A DNA stretch of 64,000 nt from Octopus vulgaris (taxonomy: Eukaryota): assembly GCA_951406725.2 (NCBI GenBank), contig OX597819.1:33976001-34040000 (forward strand), written 5' to 3'. The position numbers and the translations under genes are program-made. Numbering within the stretch: position 1 is the first letter of the stretch; the number at the start of each line of letters is the position of its first letter. Shown piece after piece: positions 13,351-26,590 of the stretch. A model generated the notes under the pieces. That model was not told the origin of the DNA, did not search any database, and worked only from the letters and a program-made list of their open reading frames with translations.

Positions 13351-13576
13351 ATATATATATATAGGTGCAGGCATGGCTGTGTGACTGTGTGGTTAAGAAG
13401 TTTCCTTCCCAATCACATAGTTTCAGTTCAGTCTCACAACATGGTACCTTGGGTAAATATCTTCAGCAATAGTTCTAGACTTATCAAAACCTTGTAAGTG
13501 GATTTGATAGACAGAAACTTAAAGAAGAATGTTGTATATCTCTGTGTGTGTGCAATTGCAAATATGTATGTTTGTA

Positions 13577-13611
<35 letters not shown>

Positions 13612-13674
13612 ATGTATGTATGTATGTATGTATGTATGTATGCATGTATGTATGTATGTATGTTGTTTTGTTTG

Positions 13675-13971
13675 TTTCTTCTCGAGCCACGCCTGGTTCA
13701 TAAGGGCTGGTTTCCCAGTTTACATGACATATAGGTTCCCTACCTGGACGGGATGCTGGTCCATCGCCAGTGAGCTGCAAGATGCAGGAGGAAAGAGTGA
13801 GAGAAAGTTGTGGCGAAAGAGTCAGCAAAAGTTCGCCATTACCTTCTGCCAGAGCCGCGTGGAGCTTAGGTTTTTCGCTCATAAATACACACATTGCCCG
13901 GTCTGAGATTCAAACCCACAATCCCTTGACCGCAAGTCTGCCGCTCTAACCACTAGGCCATGTGCCTCCAC
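13675..13971 (-). mobile_element. SINE family C (tRNA-derived)
   Basis: Minus-strand head gaggcacatggcctagtggttagagcggcagac...gggtttgaatctcagacc has tRNA A/B-box-like motifs; a related piece lies at 37990-38206. Confidence 0.75.
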
Positions 13972-14602
13972 ATGTATGTATATATGTATGTATGTTTGTG
14001 TAAATGAGTTTCATTGTCATACAAGCAGTGTCCTTCATTTCCAACATTCTGTGCAAATATGTTTAGCCATGAAGAAATATTACTTTGCTTGGAAACAGGT
14101 AAGGATTGACGACAGGTGAGGATAGCATCAGGCCATAGAAAAGCTGTCTCAATAAATCCTATTTAAAGCATGCAAGCATGGAAAAGTGTATGGATGCTAT
14201 GATGATGATGATGATGATGATGATGATGTATTACTGAATGTTCTGGTGACAGCAGAGTGATGTTGGAAGGTTGACAACATACATTACCTGTGACCACCAT
14301 ATACGATGACTTTGATTGCCACAGACAGTTCAATAACAGTGACCTCCACAGACTATATCTATAACAACATACATGTAATATCCATCATAAATATATGTCT
14401 GTCACATCATTATAAACATCATGTCTATCAAATGTCTACTCTAGATACTATACGTCAGTTAGATATCAATCATAAATATAATATGCCTGTCACGTGTCTG
14501 TCATACAAATTATATGTCTACATGATGTCCATCCTAACTTTTATATAACTACAGTGTGTTACTTCTTGTATTGACATGTTATCAATATTAGGGTGGTGAG
14601 TA

Positions 14603-15692
14603 AGGCGGCGAGCTGGCAGAAACGTTAGCACGCCGGGCGAAATGCTTAGCGGTATTTCATCTGCCGCTACGTTCTGAGTTCAAATTCCGCCGAGGTCAAC
14701 TTTGCCTTTCATCCTTTCGGGGTAGATTAAATAAGTACCAGTTACACATTGGGGTCGATGTAATCGACTTAATCCATTTGTCTGTCCTTGTTTGTCTCCT
14801 CTGTGTTTGGCCCCTTGTGGGTAGTAAAGAAATAGGTATTTCATCTGCTGCTACATTCTGAGTTCAAATTCCGCCAAGGTCGACTTTGCCTTTCATCTTT
14901 TCGGGCTCGATTAAATAAGTACCAGTTATGCACTGGGGTCCATATAACAGACTTAATCCGTTTGTCTATCCTTGTTTGTCCCCTCTGTGTGTAGCCCCTT
15001 GTGGGCAGTAAAGAAATAAGAAACGTTAGCATACCAGGCAAAAGGCTTAGTGGCATGTCATCCGTCATTATGTTCTGAGTTCAACTTCCACCAAGGTCAA
15101 CTTCGCCTTTCATTCTTTTCGAGATCGATAAAATAATTACCAATCAAGCACTGGGGTAAATGTAATCGACTTAACCCCTTCCCTGAACTTGCAGGTCTTG
15201 TGCCAAAATTTGAAACCAATATTAGAGTGGCAAGTTGGTGGAATCATTAGTATGCTAGACAAAATGCTTAGCAGCATCTCATCCATCTTTACATTCTGAG
15301 TTCAAATTCCACTGAGGTCGATCATACCTGTCATCCTTGTGGGGTGAGGTCAAGTAAAATAAATACCCATTGAACACTGCGGTTGATGCAATTGTTTCAC
15401 TCCACCTACCCCTGATCTTGCTGGCCTTGTGCCAAAATGTAAAACCAATATTCAAAACAACAAAAGCAGCAAGCTAGCAGAATCATTAACATGTCAGGCA
15501 AAATTCTTAGTAGCATTTCATCCTGCTTTAGATTCTGAGTTTAAATTCTTCCGAGATCAACTTTGCCTTTCATCCTTTCAGGTTGGGGTAGGGTTGAGAA
15601 AATAAGTACCAACTGAGCACTGGGGTTGACGTAAGTGACTTGGCCCCTCGCCCTGAATTTCTGACCTTGTGCCAAAACTTGAAACCAATATT
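14603..15692 (+). mobile_element. Head-to-tail array of about five SINE family B units
   Basis: ttctgagttcaaattccgccgaggtcRactttgcctttcatcctttcgggg...aagtaccagt...actggggtcga recurs near 14670, 14855, 15070, 15295 and 15530. Confidence 0.88.
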
Positions 15693-16885
15693 TAAAACAA
15701 CAATGTATCTATCAGAATAGTACTGTAAATATCTCACAGATGAGACGTTGAATAACATATGTGATATTTCCGTGACTCAAAACCACAATATACACACAAT
15801 AAATATTATCATAATTTACTGATCAAGATTGTTATATATTTCATTTAATTTTTATCACACTGAATATACTAACACCATTAGTTAGCCCACCCACCCATCT
15901 TCTCTACATATTATTCCTGAAAGGTTACTGATGGGTAGAATCTTCCTTGTGCATTTCCTTCATAAGGCCTTCACAGAAGAAAGTATCATTAGACCTTCCA
16001 TTTTAATCATTAACAGTTGTTCCATCGTAGAGTCGCTCTGGGATCCTGAGACACACATATTCGTACTTCCATCCCACAACTCCCAGAACGACTTGCTGTT
16101 CTTACAAGCATTGGCAGGGAAGACTGCAATATAGGTTTCAAATGGTCCCCTCTACCTTAAGATTCAATGCACGATGGAGAATGTGCTATGGGTTGTTCTT
16201 TTGAATCACTTTCATATTGCAATTTTTGGTCATTGTATTCATGCCAGACACCAAGCTGGTATTTCTATTTGACCTGCAAATCATTTGTTAGTTATATACG
16301 AAAATAAATCATACACAGCTGTAATGAAATCATTTAAAATTTACAAGTTAAACTACCAACGCCTACTTCTAAGAATACAAAAGAGAAAGAAAAAAATTTG
16401 CTAAACAATTCCTGGAAATCTGCAGACTCTAAACTGATTAATACTAATGGTAAATGACAACACAGACAAATGAGGACAATGATATGAAATTATTTGGAAA
16501 TATAAATTGTTTGGGTACTGAAATTTGAAGCTAATTAGATAACTGTACCAAAGTAACTAGATCGCAGAAAATACGTGTTTAATTAAATAAAATAAACTGT
16601 TGTATTTTTTTTTATTGTATAAAATGGCAATGTTTAAACTTCATTGCATTTTTTTTAAAGATAAAAAGTAAATTTTGATATGGCTGTATGGTTAAGAAGC
16701 TCACTTTGCAATTACAGGGTTTCAGGTTCCATCCCACTACATGGAAACTTCAACAAGTGTTTTCTACTGTATCTCTGGGCTGACCTATGTCATGTGAGTA
16801 AATTTGGTAGATAGAAACTGTACAGAAACTGGACGTGTGTGTGTTTGAGAGAGAGAGAGAGGGGGGAGAGGGAGGGGAGAGAGAG

Positions 16886-16935
<50 letters not shown>

Positions 16936-17381
16936 ACTGAAGGGTAGGACTTTGCATTTCTAAGTACACAAAACCTAATATAATATAGCAGAGAGTGTAG
17001 AAGAACTTGGACTTGAAGGCATGACTGTGGAGGTATGTGACATACTATAAGACAGAGCAAGTGAAAACACAGTGGGTGACTCTGCCCAAGCATCATGAAA
17101 GGGATTGGAGCCCAATCACGCATAATATTCAAAGAAATTCCAATGAAGATCCTAATAGAAACATCAGCACCTAACATGAATATATATAATATATCAAATA
17201 AAAAATAACGAGACCGATTTCTTATGTAGGCACAAAGACACTAACCATTATTTGACAGCTATTTTATTTTGTGGGCCCAAGAATGATGGAAGTCAAGTTG
17301 ACTCTAGCAGGACTCAGAATTAGAATACTAAGAGATATAAGTAAAATAAAGAGATAAAAGTAATTATAGCCTTGTTTCAGT

Positions 17382-17906
17382 GAAGGCGCATGGCTCAATG
17401 CTTAGAATGTCGGGTTCACAATCATGAGGTAGTGAGTTCAATTCCCAGGCTAACCGACTGATGGATATATGCATTTCAGAGTGATTACCTCATCTTCAGC
17501 ATCAGATACCAGTCAGGGGAACACTTGGTGTATTTATACCTATTTGTCAAAAGTGAGAAATTTTCTCCATGACAATAGACAGTGAATGGCTTTCTTATGA
17601 ATGTGAATAAACTCCAAGTATATTTGAACTGATAACTGTGTTGTGTTCTTGAGCAAGACACTTTATTTCATGTTGCTCCAGTTCACTCATCTGTAGAAAT
17701 AAGTTGTGATGTCAATGGTACCAAGCTGTATTGTCCTTTGTCTTTCCTTTGGATGACATCGGTGGCATGAAGTGGGGAGGTCGGTATGCATGGGCAACTG
17801 CTGATCTTTCACAAACAAACTTGCCCAGACTTGTGCCTCAGTGGGGTAACTTTCTAGATGCAATCCCATGTTCATTCATGACTGAAGGGGTTCTTTACCT
17901 CTTTAC
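17382..17906 (+). mobile_element. SINE family D interrupted by a 187-bp insert (17450-17636)
   Basis: Head gaaggcgcatggctcaatgcttaga...gagttcaattccc; the body resumes at tgtgttgtgttcttgagcaagacacttta and matches the minus-strand copy at 25994-26344. Confidence 0.85.
17464..17503 (-). ncRNA. Minimal hammerhead ribozyme-like motif (copy 1)
   Basis: Minus strand GATG-CTGAAGA-TGAGGTAATCACTCT-GAAA-TGCATA-TATC: CUGANGA and GAAA cores, helix I GATG/TATC, palindromic helix III ATGCAT. Confidence 0.6.
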
Positions 17907-18058
17907 AAACTTGTTACCAATTCAAATATACTTGAGGCATATTTGAATTTGTAAACATATGCCATTCGCTGTATTTTGTCATGGAGAAAACTTCTCGCCG
18001 TAGACAAATAGGTGTAAACACATAACGTCAGTTCAAAGTGCCCTCTAACCAACGGATG

Positions 18059-18098
18059 GATATATGCATTTCAGAGTGATTACCTCATCTTCAGCATC
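18059..18098 (-). ncRNA. Minimal hammerhead ribozyme-like motif (copy 2)
   Basis: Identical to 17464-17503, 595 bp away; lies in the loop of the inverted repeat 17907-18021 / 18125-18237. Confidence 0.6.
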
Positions 18099-20855
18099 AG
18101 ATACCAGGCAGGGGAACGCTTGGTGTGTTTATACCTATTTGTCAAAAGTGAGAAATTTTCTCCATGACAATAGACAGTGAATGGCTTTCTTATGAATGTG
18201 AATAAACTCCAAGTATATTTGAACTGATAACAAGTTTATATTTATACACATCACTGCTTAGCGCTTCTATTCCATAAGTAACTATGGCAATCATTTTCTT
18301 AGACAGTTGCTCCACCAATTTCACCATAATTTTTTTTTAATCGTATAAATAGCATGATTTGAGATGAAATAAATGGCTTAACAAAAACTCATTTCTCTAG
18401 TTACTACTAATTTTAGAAATGAAAACATAATTGTTAACTGTAACAAGGTAGAAAAACTATAAATTTAATCTGTAAACCACAATGAAGAATAGTGTGTTAT
18501 TGTAACCAAAGGTTACAAGTTCAAAGACTGCCACAAGAACTGTATAGTACGCTAGAAACAAAGTTCCATTCTCTGACTTCATTACTCTGAAAGTCTCATA
18601 CTAATTTCAGTCATTTGCCTGCAGTTAGAAGAAAACAATTTAGTTATTCAGTTATATAGCCATTTTTTAATTTCATAAGTCAAAGATGGATGCATGGTTA
18701 AGAAGTGTATTTCACAACAATATGGTTTTGGGTTCAGTTCTGCTGTGAAGTTCCTTAGGCATATTTTATAAAAGCCTTAGATTGATAAAGGTCTTATTGA
18801 AATTTGGAAGATTGGAATGGAAATCATGCAGAATATATCACACACAAGTACATATATACATATATAGTTATATGTGTGCATATATCATCATGGCAGTCCC
18901 AATATATTGATGCAGCAAATAAAAATACTTTGTTGTATTTATCTATGCCCACAAGGACTTGCTTCTTCAATAAACAGAGATCAATAAAATAACTACTAGA
19001 CAAAGTATTAGGACCAATTCAATCAACTAAAATCCTTGGAGGTGTACTCCAGTATGGCCACAGTTCAAGGACTGGAATCAGTAAAAGGATGAAAGAATAT
19101 ATTTCACTTAGTTTAATTCATAAGAGAAGGTAAAAAAAATTATATGAATTTGAAGACCTATCCAAAACTTGCAACAAATACAACAAATGCAAAAACAAGC
19201 ATAAATATATATATATATATATATAATATACACAAAAATATTTAAAATTAGGCTGTTATTCAGAAATTCTATAGGAACATATATTTAGTACCTAGATCCA
19301 CCCAGTCTATATTGTAAATATTCTACAACAATAATAATGTTATATCAAGTTTTAGTCACATCATTCCAGATAAAATTCCATTTAATTGAGGTCATACAAA
19401 TTGTAATATCGTTTTGGAAACCCAACACATCTTTTTTTTTAAATCTTCAAAAATTTATGCTGCATGTTATTGTAATGTTTTAACTATTTCAAATAGTGAC
19501 AAAATAGTTGAGTCACTAAACTAGAAATAAATTCTAAAATTTCTGTACATTACTTTGAAATAAATAAATAAATAAAATCTCAGTTATTTTTTTATATAAT
19601 GTCTAATTGAAGTCAGTAGCATAACAGAAATAGTATTGACTTGAGTGGCAAAGTTATGAGAAATGTTATGTTAAGGTTATTATTTTAAAGCAAGCTTAAG
19701 AATAACAAGAGAATATTTACTGATGGTGAGACTTGATAATGAAAGTAGAATAAAAAGGGATAAAGACCCTGCTGGAGTCATACAGACTCATAAGGCCAGT
19801 TTCCCAGTATTTGTGGTGCATATGTTCACATAAGTGAAATGAAGTGTTTCTTTCAAGAACACAAAACATCGCCTGGTCCAGGAATTGAAACCACAATCTT
19901 ATGATCATGAGTCAAACACCCAAGCCACTAAGCCACACACCTCTACTGCCAGTTTCCTGGTTCCTGTGGTGTATATATATATTTCCAAACTGGATGGGAT
20001 GCCAGTCTGTTACAGGATTACACATTTTTGCAAACTGAGTGGACAGGAGCAATGTGAAATGAAGTGCTCAGCTCAAGAACACAATACGTCACCTGGTCCA
20101 GGAATCAAAACCACAATCTTACAACCATGAGCCAAACACCCTAACCACTAAGTCATATGCCTCCACTATCCATTTTTCTAAGACTAAATACTGAAAGTAG
20201 AGCCAAATACATTTCGATTGAGACTTAAAAATTCACCTGATGGTTTACTGAATAGCTTTTGTTACAATGATTTTGTGTTATATTTCAGGTGCTGTAAATG
20301 ATATCATTTATCTCCTATTACTGTTCCTTATCACCTCCTTCTCCTCCCTGACCCACAACTATTTCCTTCACTTCCCATCCCAAAATTGATATTCTCTGTA
20401 ACCACCTTAGCCTCCATTTTCATACTCTAGTGCACTTATCTACACACAAACCTTTTTTCTAGTCTTCTATCCCTGTTCTTCCATATTTACCTTGTACTAT
20501 AAGGATACACCCTTACAATCTCTCTCTCCTTCTCCCTCCCTTTCTAGCACAGGAAACCAAGTATTCACCTGTTCAGCATGACACCTGTCCCCATCCCTCA
20601 ATCATATTTTCTCAACTTTCAATACAATACTTGAATTAGTAGAGGGGTCATGTTTTGTGAGTACTTGTTGTCTTCACTAGTCCTGGTACCATGAAAAAAA
20701 AACCCTTCCAGCAAACTCTATAAAGTGGTTGGCTTTAGGAATGGTACCCAGCTGTGGAAAGCATGCCAGAGCAAACATTGAAGCTTGGCATAGCCCCTTG
20801 GCTCACTGGTTCCTGTCAAACCATCCAACCCATACCAGAAAGGAAAAATGGCATT

Positions 20856-20867
20856 GATGATGATGAA

Positions 20868-20930
<63 letters not shown>

Positions 20931-20938
20931 GATGGTGG

Positions 20939-20989
<51 letters not shown>

Positions 20990-21098
20990 CGACGATGGCG
21001 ATGATGATGATGATGATGATGATGACAACAACGACAACAGCGACGATGATGATGATGATGACAACAACGACAACAGCGATGATGATGATGATGATGAT
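20856..21098. repeat. Compound (GAT)n/(GAC)n/(AAC)n microsatellite grown from an RTE-type 3' tail
   Basis: About 240-bp triplet array directly after a decayed RTE-like 3' end (gtggttggctttaggaatgg...ccatccaaccca). Confidence 0.9.
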
Positions 21099-22205
21099 TT
21101 TGTAAGTAATTGGTTATGACACTTTAAGAAAGATTAGCAGCAAACAGGTGAGTTTCTATGATGAATATTTGTTGTATGGCATCATGAGTTTCTATATTCT
21201 TTAGTTTTTGATAAACCACTTTAATTTGGTTGCTTCAGAGAAGTATTTGATTCATTAGTATTTCATCTGAGGGAAAGTTTCTGCTGTATCTACTTAATGC
21301 TACTAGATAAGCACAAATATTAATTAACACTACAGGCACTAATTCACTGAACTTAACATGAGAAAATAAAGGAACCTTCATGTAGTTGCTGGACCTGTTA
21401 AAAATAGCAACCAAATGTACTCTAAATAGTACGCTATCATCTTAGGAAAGGACACATTGAATAATGCAGGTCTAGATGAACTGTGACTAGGTAAAAGATG
21501 AGATGATTTCAGTTGGAATGCCTTTGATGATGGATCTACTGGACCAGGATTGGCCTGGGGTTAATTTAAAACTATCAAAGTTTGGCACATGGCCAGCTAT
21601 TCCAGGGAAGGGAGATTAGTCAATTATATTGACCCCAGTACTCAACTGGTACTTATTACCAACTCTGAAAAGCTGAAAAGGCAAAGTCAAACTTGGCAGA
21701 ACTTGAATGCAGAGCCAAAAAAATGAACGCTATGCTGCCAAGCATTTTGCCCATCACACTAACAATTCTGCCATCTTGCTGCCTTACAACAACTACTATT
21801 AACACCACAAGATAAGCTCTAACCTTAATATTATAAGCACTAATCACTAAGTTTAACCCTGGAAATAAGCACTAAGCTGAGGATTTTTCAGGATTACTCC
21901 ACTCTAAGAAACAAGGTAATATTTATTGATTTTGGCAGGAAACAGTATTTATTCTTTTATTCTTTTACTTGTTTCAGTCATTTGACTGTGGCCATGCTGG
22001 AGCACTGCCTTGGGGGGTTTTAGTCAAACAAATTGAGCCCAGGACTTATTTTTTAAGCCTCATACTAATTCTATCAGTCACTTTTGCTGAACCACTAAGT
22101 TATGGGGGCATAAACACACTATCACCAGTTGTCAAGTGGTGATGGGAGACAAACACAGACACAAAAGACACACACATGCATACATATAAATCTATATACA
22201 TATAT

Positions 22206-23176
22206 AAGGCAGACTGTATGATGTGTGTGTACGAACAGCCATGCTACATGGCAGTGAAACATGGGCCGTGACTGCTGAGGATATGCGTAAGCTCACAAGA
22301 AATGAAGCCAGTATGCTCCGATGGATGTGTAATGTCAGTGTTCATACTCGACAGAGTGTAAGTACCTTGAGAGAAAAGCTGGACCTAAGAAGCATCAGAT
22401 GTGGTGTGCAAGAGAGACCTTTGTGCTGGTATGGGCATGTGGCGAGAATGGATGAAGATAGTTGTGTGAAAAAGTGCCACACCCTAGCGGTTGAGGGAAC
22501 CTGTGGAAGAGGCAGACCCAGGAAAACCTGGGACGAGGTGGTGAAGCACGACCTTCGAACTTTAGGTCTCACTGAGGAAATGACTAGAGACCGAGACCTC
22601 TGGAAGTATGCTGTGCGTGAGAAGACCCGGCAGGACAAGTGAGACCATAACCCGTGGCCTTCTACTCAGGATGTAGCCAGTCCACTTATGCATACCTTCC
22701 CTTCTTGGGACACAAAACTCTACTTGTGAAGACCTGTTGAGGCAAGTGAGAATCGAAATCAGAATTGAAATCGATCAATGGAAATTGCAGCTGAGATACC
22801 AGTGCCGGTGGCATGTAAGAGAACCATCCGAACGTGGCCATTGCCAGCGCCGCCCCGACTGGCCTCATGCCGGTGGCATGTAAAAAGCACCATCCGTTCG
22901 TGGCCGTTGCCGGCCTCGCCTGGCCCCCGTGCCGGTGGCACAGAAAAAGCACCATCCAATCATGGCCGCTTGCCAGACTCATCTGGCACCTGTGCCGGTG
23001 ACACGTAAAAAGCACCCACTACACTCATGGAGTGGTTGGCGTTAGGAAGGGCATCCAGCCATAGAAACATTGCCAGATCAGACTGGGCCTGGTGCAGCCT
23101 TCTGGCTTCCCAGACCCCAGTTGAACCGTCCAACCCATGCTAGCATGGAAAGCGGACGCTAAATGATGATGATGAT
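22206..23176 (+). mobile_element. 5'-truncated RTE copy inserted in the central TA tract of a minus-strand SINE A (21955-22200 + 23180-23340)
   Basis: ORF 22223-22642 (LHGSETW...RGRPRKTWDEVV), 3' UTR repeats and gacgctaaatgatgatgat tail; SINE halves on both sides. Confidence 0.93.
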
Positions 23177-24102
23177 ATATGATGGGCTTCTTTCAGTTTC
23201 TGTCTACAAAATCCACTCACAAGACTGGTTGGCCTGAGGCTATAGTAGAAGACACTTTCCCAAAGTGCCACACAGTGGGACTGAACCCAGAACCATGTGG
23301 TTGGGAAGCAAGCCTCTTACCATACAGCCATACATGCACCTATAATGATAATTATGATGATACTATGATTTGTATGACTGATAAATAAAATTCAATATCT
23401 TCCTCTCAAATGAGGTAAATATCAGTTTACAATGTGGGATTATTTTTTACCAAGTGAAAATTTATAGCTTTTAATTATCTAACTATATAAACTATATATA
23501 AGTTGTTTAATTATTACTTCATCAATTTTCATGTAAGGGAAGAAAGCATGTGAAAATTAATTGGTGTCTTTTTCACTTCAAATAATCATAAGCATGGGAC
23601 TTAAAGCATTATATACATTACAGGTATCATTTATATATTTAATACTTAATATGCTATATTTGCCCTATATCTATAGACAGCCTGTTTCTGTAACCTGCAC
23701 ATCATCAGTATAGAACAATAGAACAATAGTCATTAATTATATAATATTCAAGCAGTATATTCAAATAATTGTATTTATTTCAGGAAAGAGGAAAACAATG
23801 AAATAGAGTTATATATAGTTTTTGTGATAGAGATAGAAATTATTTTGAATGTATTCAATTTATTTTGATTTTCTGAGATGGTGAAAGCTGTTAGTTGAGG
23901 TTTAAGTGCTGTGAAAATTGTCCATCATCAGAAATTTATCTATTTAGCATCAGCCATATGTCATATGTAGCCTTTACTAGTTGTTACATCATATCTTAAC
24001 CATCCTTGTATGAATAAAGGCTCTCACAAGATGGGGAATACACTTATATTTATTTCTTTTATACAGGTACACATACACATACGTAAACACACCTATGCAA
24101 AC

Positions 24103-24165
<63 letters not shown>

Positions 24166-24653
24166 CAGAGAGAAAATAGACAAACATATTTTAATTTTGC
24201 TGCCTCTCACTCTTTATTTGTGGTTTGCTCAACTCCTGCAGCAAAATATAAAAATACACAGGGGAAGTTATTAGAGTTGATGTACATTCGCTTTATTGCT
24301 TGAGTGAGAAGAGTAAGAAAGATTATGTATGTGTGAGAGAGAGAGCAAGTGGGATGGGGAACTGAAAGGAGATTGAAGGAAAAACAAAAATAAAGAGTTT
24401 TATGTCAGAAACTGACAAAATATTCAGAATTTTTTGTACCTTCAGCTAACATTCCTACTCAATTGTCTTTGATACCCCTTGTGATATTACAACTTTCAGT
24501 TTTTCTATATCTTCTTTCTTGAGTTCTTCCATTTTCACTCCAAAGGGACCTGAAACCCAGGAATTTTTTTTCGCTCACAGATTTTTCTGAGATGCATTAG
24601 GATCTGTGCTTCACATTTGGCAAAGGTTTATCTAGAAATTATGATGCTGTTAT

Positions 24654-24713
<60 letters not shown>

Positions 24714-25259
24714 AGATATATATACACACACACACAGTTCAAGGCCAGTTTCTTAACCCTTTTAATATCAGCTCACCTGCAACCATCTGTACTAAATTAT
24801 TCATATCTATATTAGAATCCTGTTCAAAAAATCAAATGCTAATGAATTCAGTCTACAACATACATGTAAAATTGTGTGTGGGCAAGTGTGTTTGTATGGG
24901 TATGTGTGCATGTGAGTACCCAACCACTACATGTATGTGTGTATGAAATAAAAACCGTTCAAAACCAATACAATGCAAAATGAAATACAAGAGTAAAAAT
25001 GAAAATGATGACAAAACATTGTATATATTTCAGCATTAATACCCATTGCCCACAAGTAAATAGAAGATGGTGTCAAACTGTTATTTTTTGCTTATGTATC
25101 TGTTAGAGGATTGTGATATCCACAGAATGTTATTGTTGTAATTACTAATCTGCCTCAGGCAACTCTTGCAAGTTTTTGACTGGCAGCTGGTGTTGGTGGC
25201 TTTAATTGCTGCCTTGTTGTATATGTTGCATATCTGGGAAATTCTCTGGGATGGAAAGG

Positions 25260-25620
25260 CCAAATCATTGTATACATTCCTGTAGAATTTGGTGTAAATT
25301 GATCCCACCTAGAAACCTGGTTTTATTAGGATGTTAGATTTTGAATTTAATGTGGTCATCAATTTATGATATATGTTGACAACCTCATCCCAAGTGGATG
25401 TCAGTATCAGGTTGTTATCCACATACCTGGAGAAGAAGGCACAAGAGCAAGTAGCAGGTGCTAAGTGCTATGCACTCTGGCTGGCTCATGTATGTGATAG
25501 TCTACCAGCCTGATTGACAGGTTTGATCCCATTGGTAGACCTGTGAGCTGTTTGTATACTGTACCATGATAATGGAAGCATGTTACATACAATGATGGTC
25601 AGTAATACATCAAACAGTAC
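25260..25620 (-). pseudogene. Decayed Penelope-like reverse transcriptase fragment
   Basis: Minus strand reads YHGTVYKQLTGLPMGSNLS, FFSRYVDNNLIL, IDDHIKFKI*HP and KFYR, matching Penelope RT motifs GLPMGS, RYVDD and IKFxIE. Confidence 0.8.
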
Positions 25621-25993
25621 AGCAGAGCAAAAACTACCCACATATAAAATAAATTTTCTTGGTATGCAACATGTGCTGCAAGGCAGCAAAACCAAAGAAT
25701 TTTGCAAAATAACGCTAACTCACAATCTTTTGTTAAATGCCTGACTGCAACACAGAAAGGTCCACACTTCCAAGAGATAACATACACTTCCTGAGACAGC
25801 CATATTTCAATGATAGAACCACTGATGTGAGTGAGCCTTAGACAGGGATTGAACATATAGATGATGCAATTTGGTTACTCCTTGTGAATATTTCTGTTCC
25901 TCAAAATTAACCTATAAACAGCAACTAAGTTTGCATAGTGACTCCATTAACAATATAGACATGTGCTTGAGGATCTACATAACATACCAAATA

Positions 25994-26344
25994 AATGGTA
26001 AAGGGTAAAGATCCCCTTCAGCCATTCATGACCGGGAGATTGTACCTAGAAAATTCGCCTCTGAGGCACAAGTCTGGGCAACATTGTTTATGGAAGACCA
26101 GCAGTTGCCCATGCATATCAGCCTCTACCTCCATGCCATCAATGTTATCCATGGGAAAAGCAAAGGCCAACACAGCTTGGCACCACTGATGTCACAACTC
26201 ATTTCTACAGATGAGTGAACTGGGGTAGCATGAAATAAAGTGTCTTGCTCAAGAACACAACACACAACCTAGTCTGGGAATCAAACTCACTATCTCATGA
26301 TCATGAGCCCAATGCTCTAACCACTGAGCCATGTGTCTTCACAT
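25994..26344 (-). mobile_element. Full-length SINE family D with 11-bp target-site duplication
   Basis: TSD cataccaaata at 25983-25993 and 26345-26355; it interrupts the GIY-YIG remnant. Confidence 0.88.
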
Positions 26345-26590
26345 CATACCAAATAGGTTGTAGTAAATACGGTGTTTCCTACATCAGAAGCACCATCCAA
26401 AAGCTATATATCCACATCAAGGAACAGCATGTGCAGATAAACACATCAGTCAAAAAGCATCTGCAGAAATGTTACACTCAGGATTTATATTTACCATCAA
26501 AACAACTGAGCTTAACATAGGTAATTTGAGGATCATGGAGGCAATCCTCATTAGTAAAGTGAAACCATACATCAACAACAGATGAGAGTC
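26345..26590 (+). pseudogene. Decayed Penelope-like GIY-YIG endonuclease fragment
   Basis: YQIGCSKYGVSYIRSTIQKLYIHIKEQH...SVKKHLQKC...NLRIMEAILISKVKPYINNR fits the PLE pattern YxIxC..YIGST.R.L..RIKEH..H...C..LxxxEAILI...P.IN. Confidence 0.8.

Noticed and set aside
20754-21119. Poly-Asp, poly-Met and poly-Ser ORFs
   Set aside because: Translations of a (GAT)n microsatellite; no splice or domain context.
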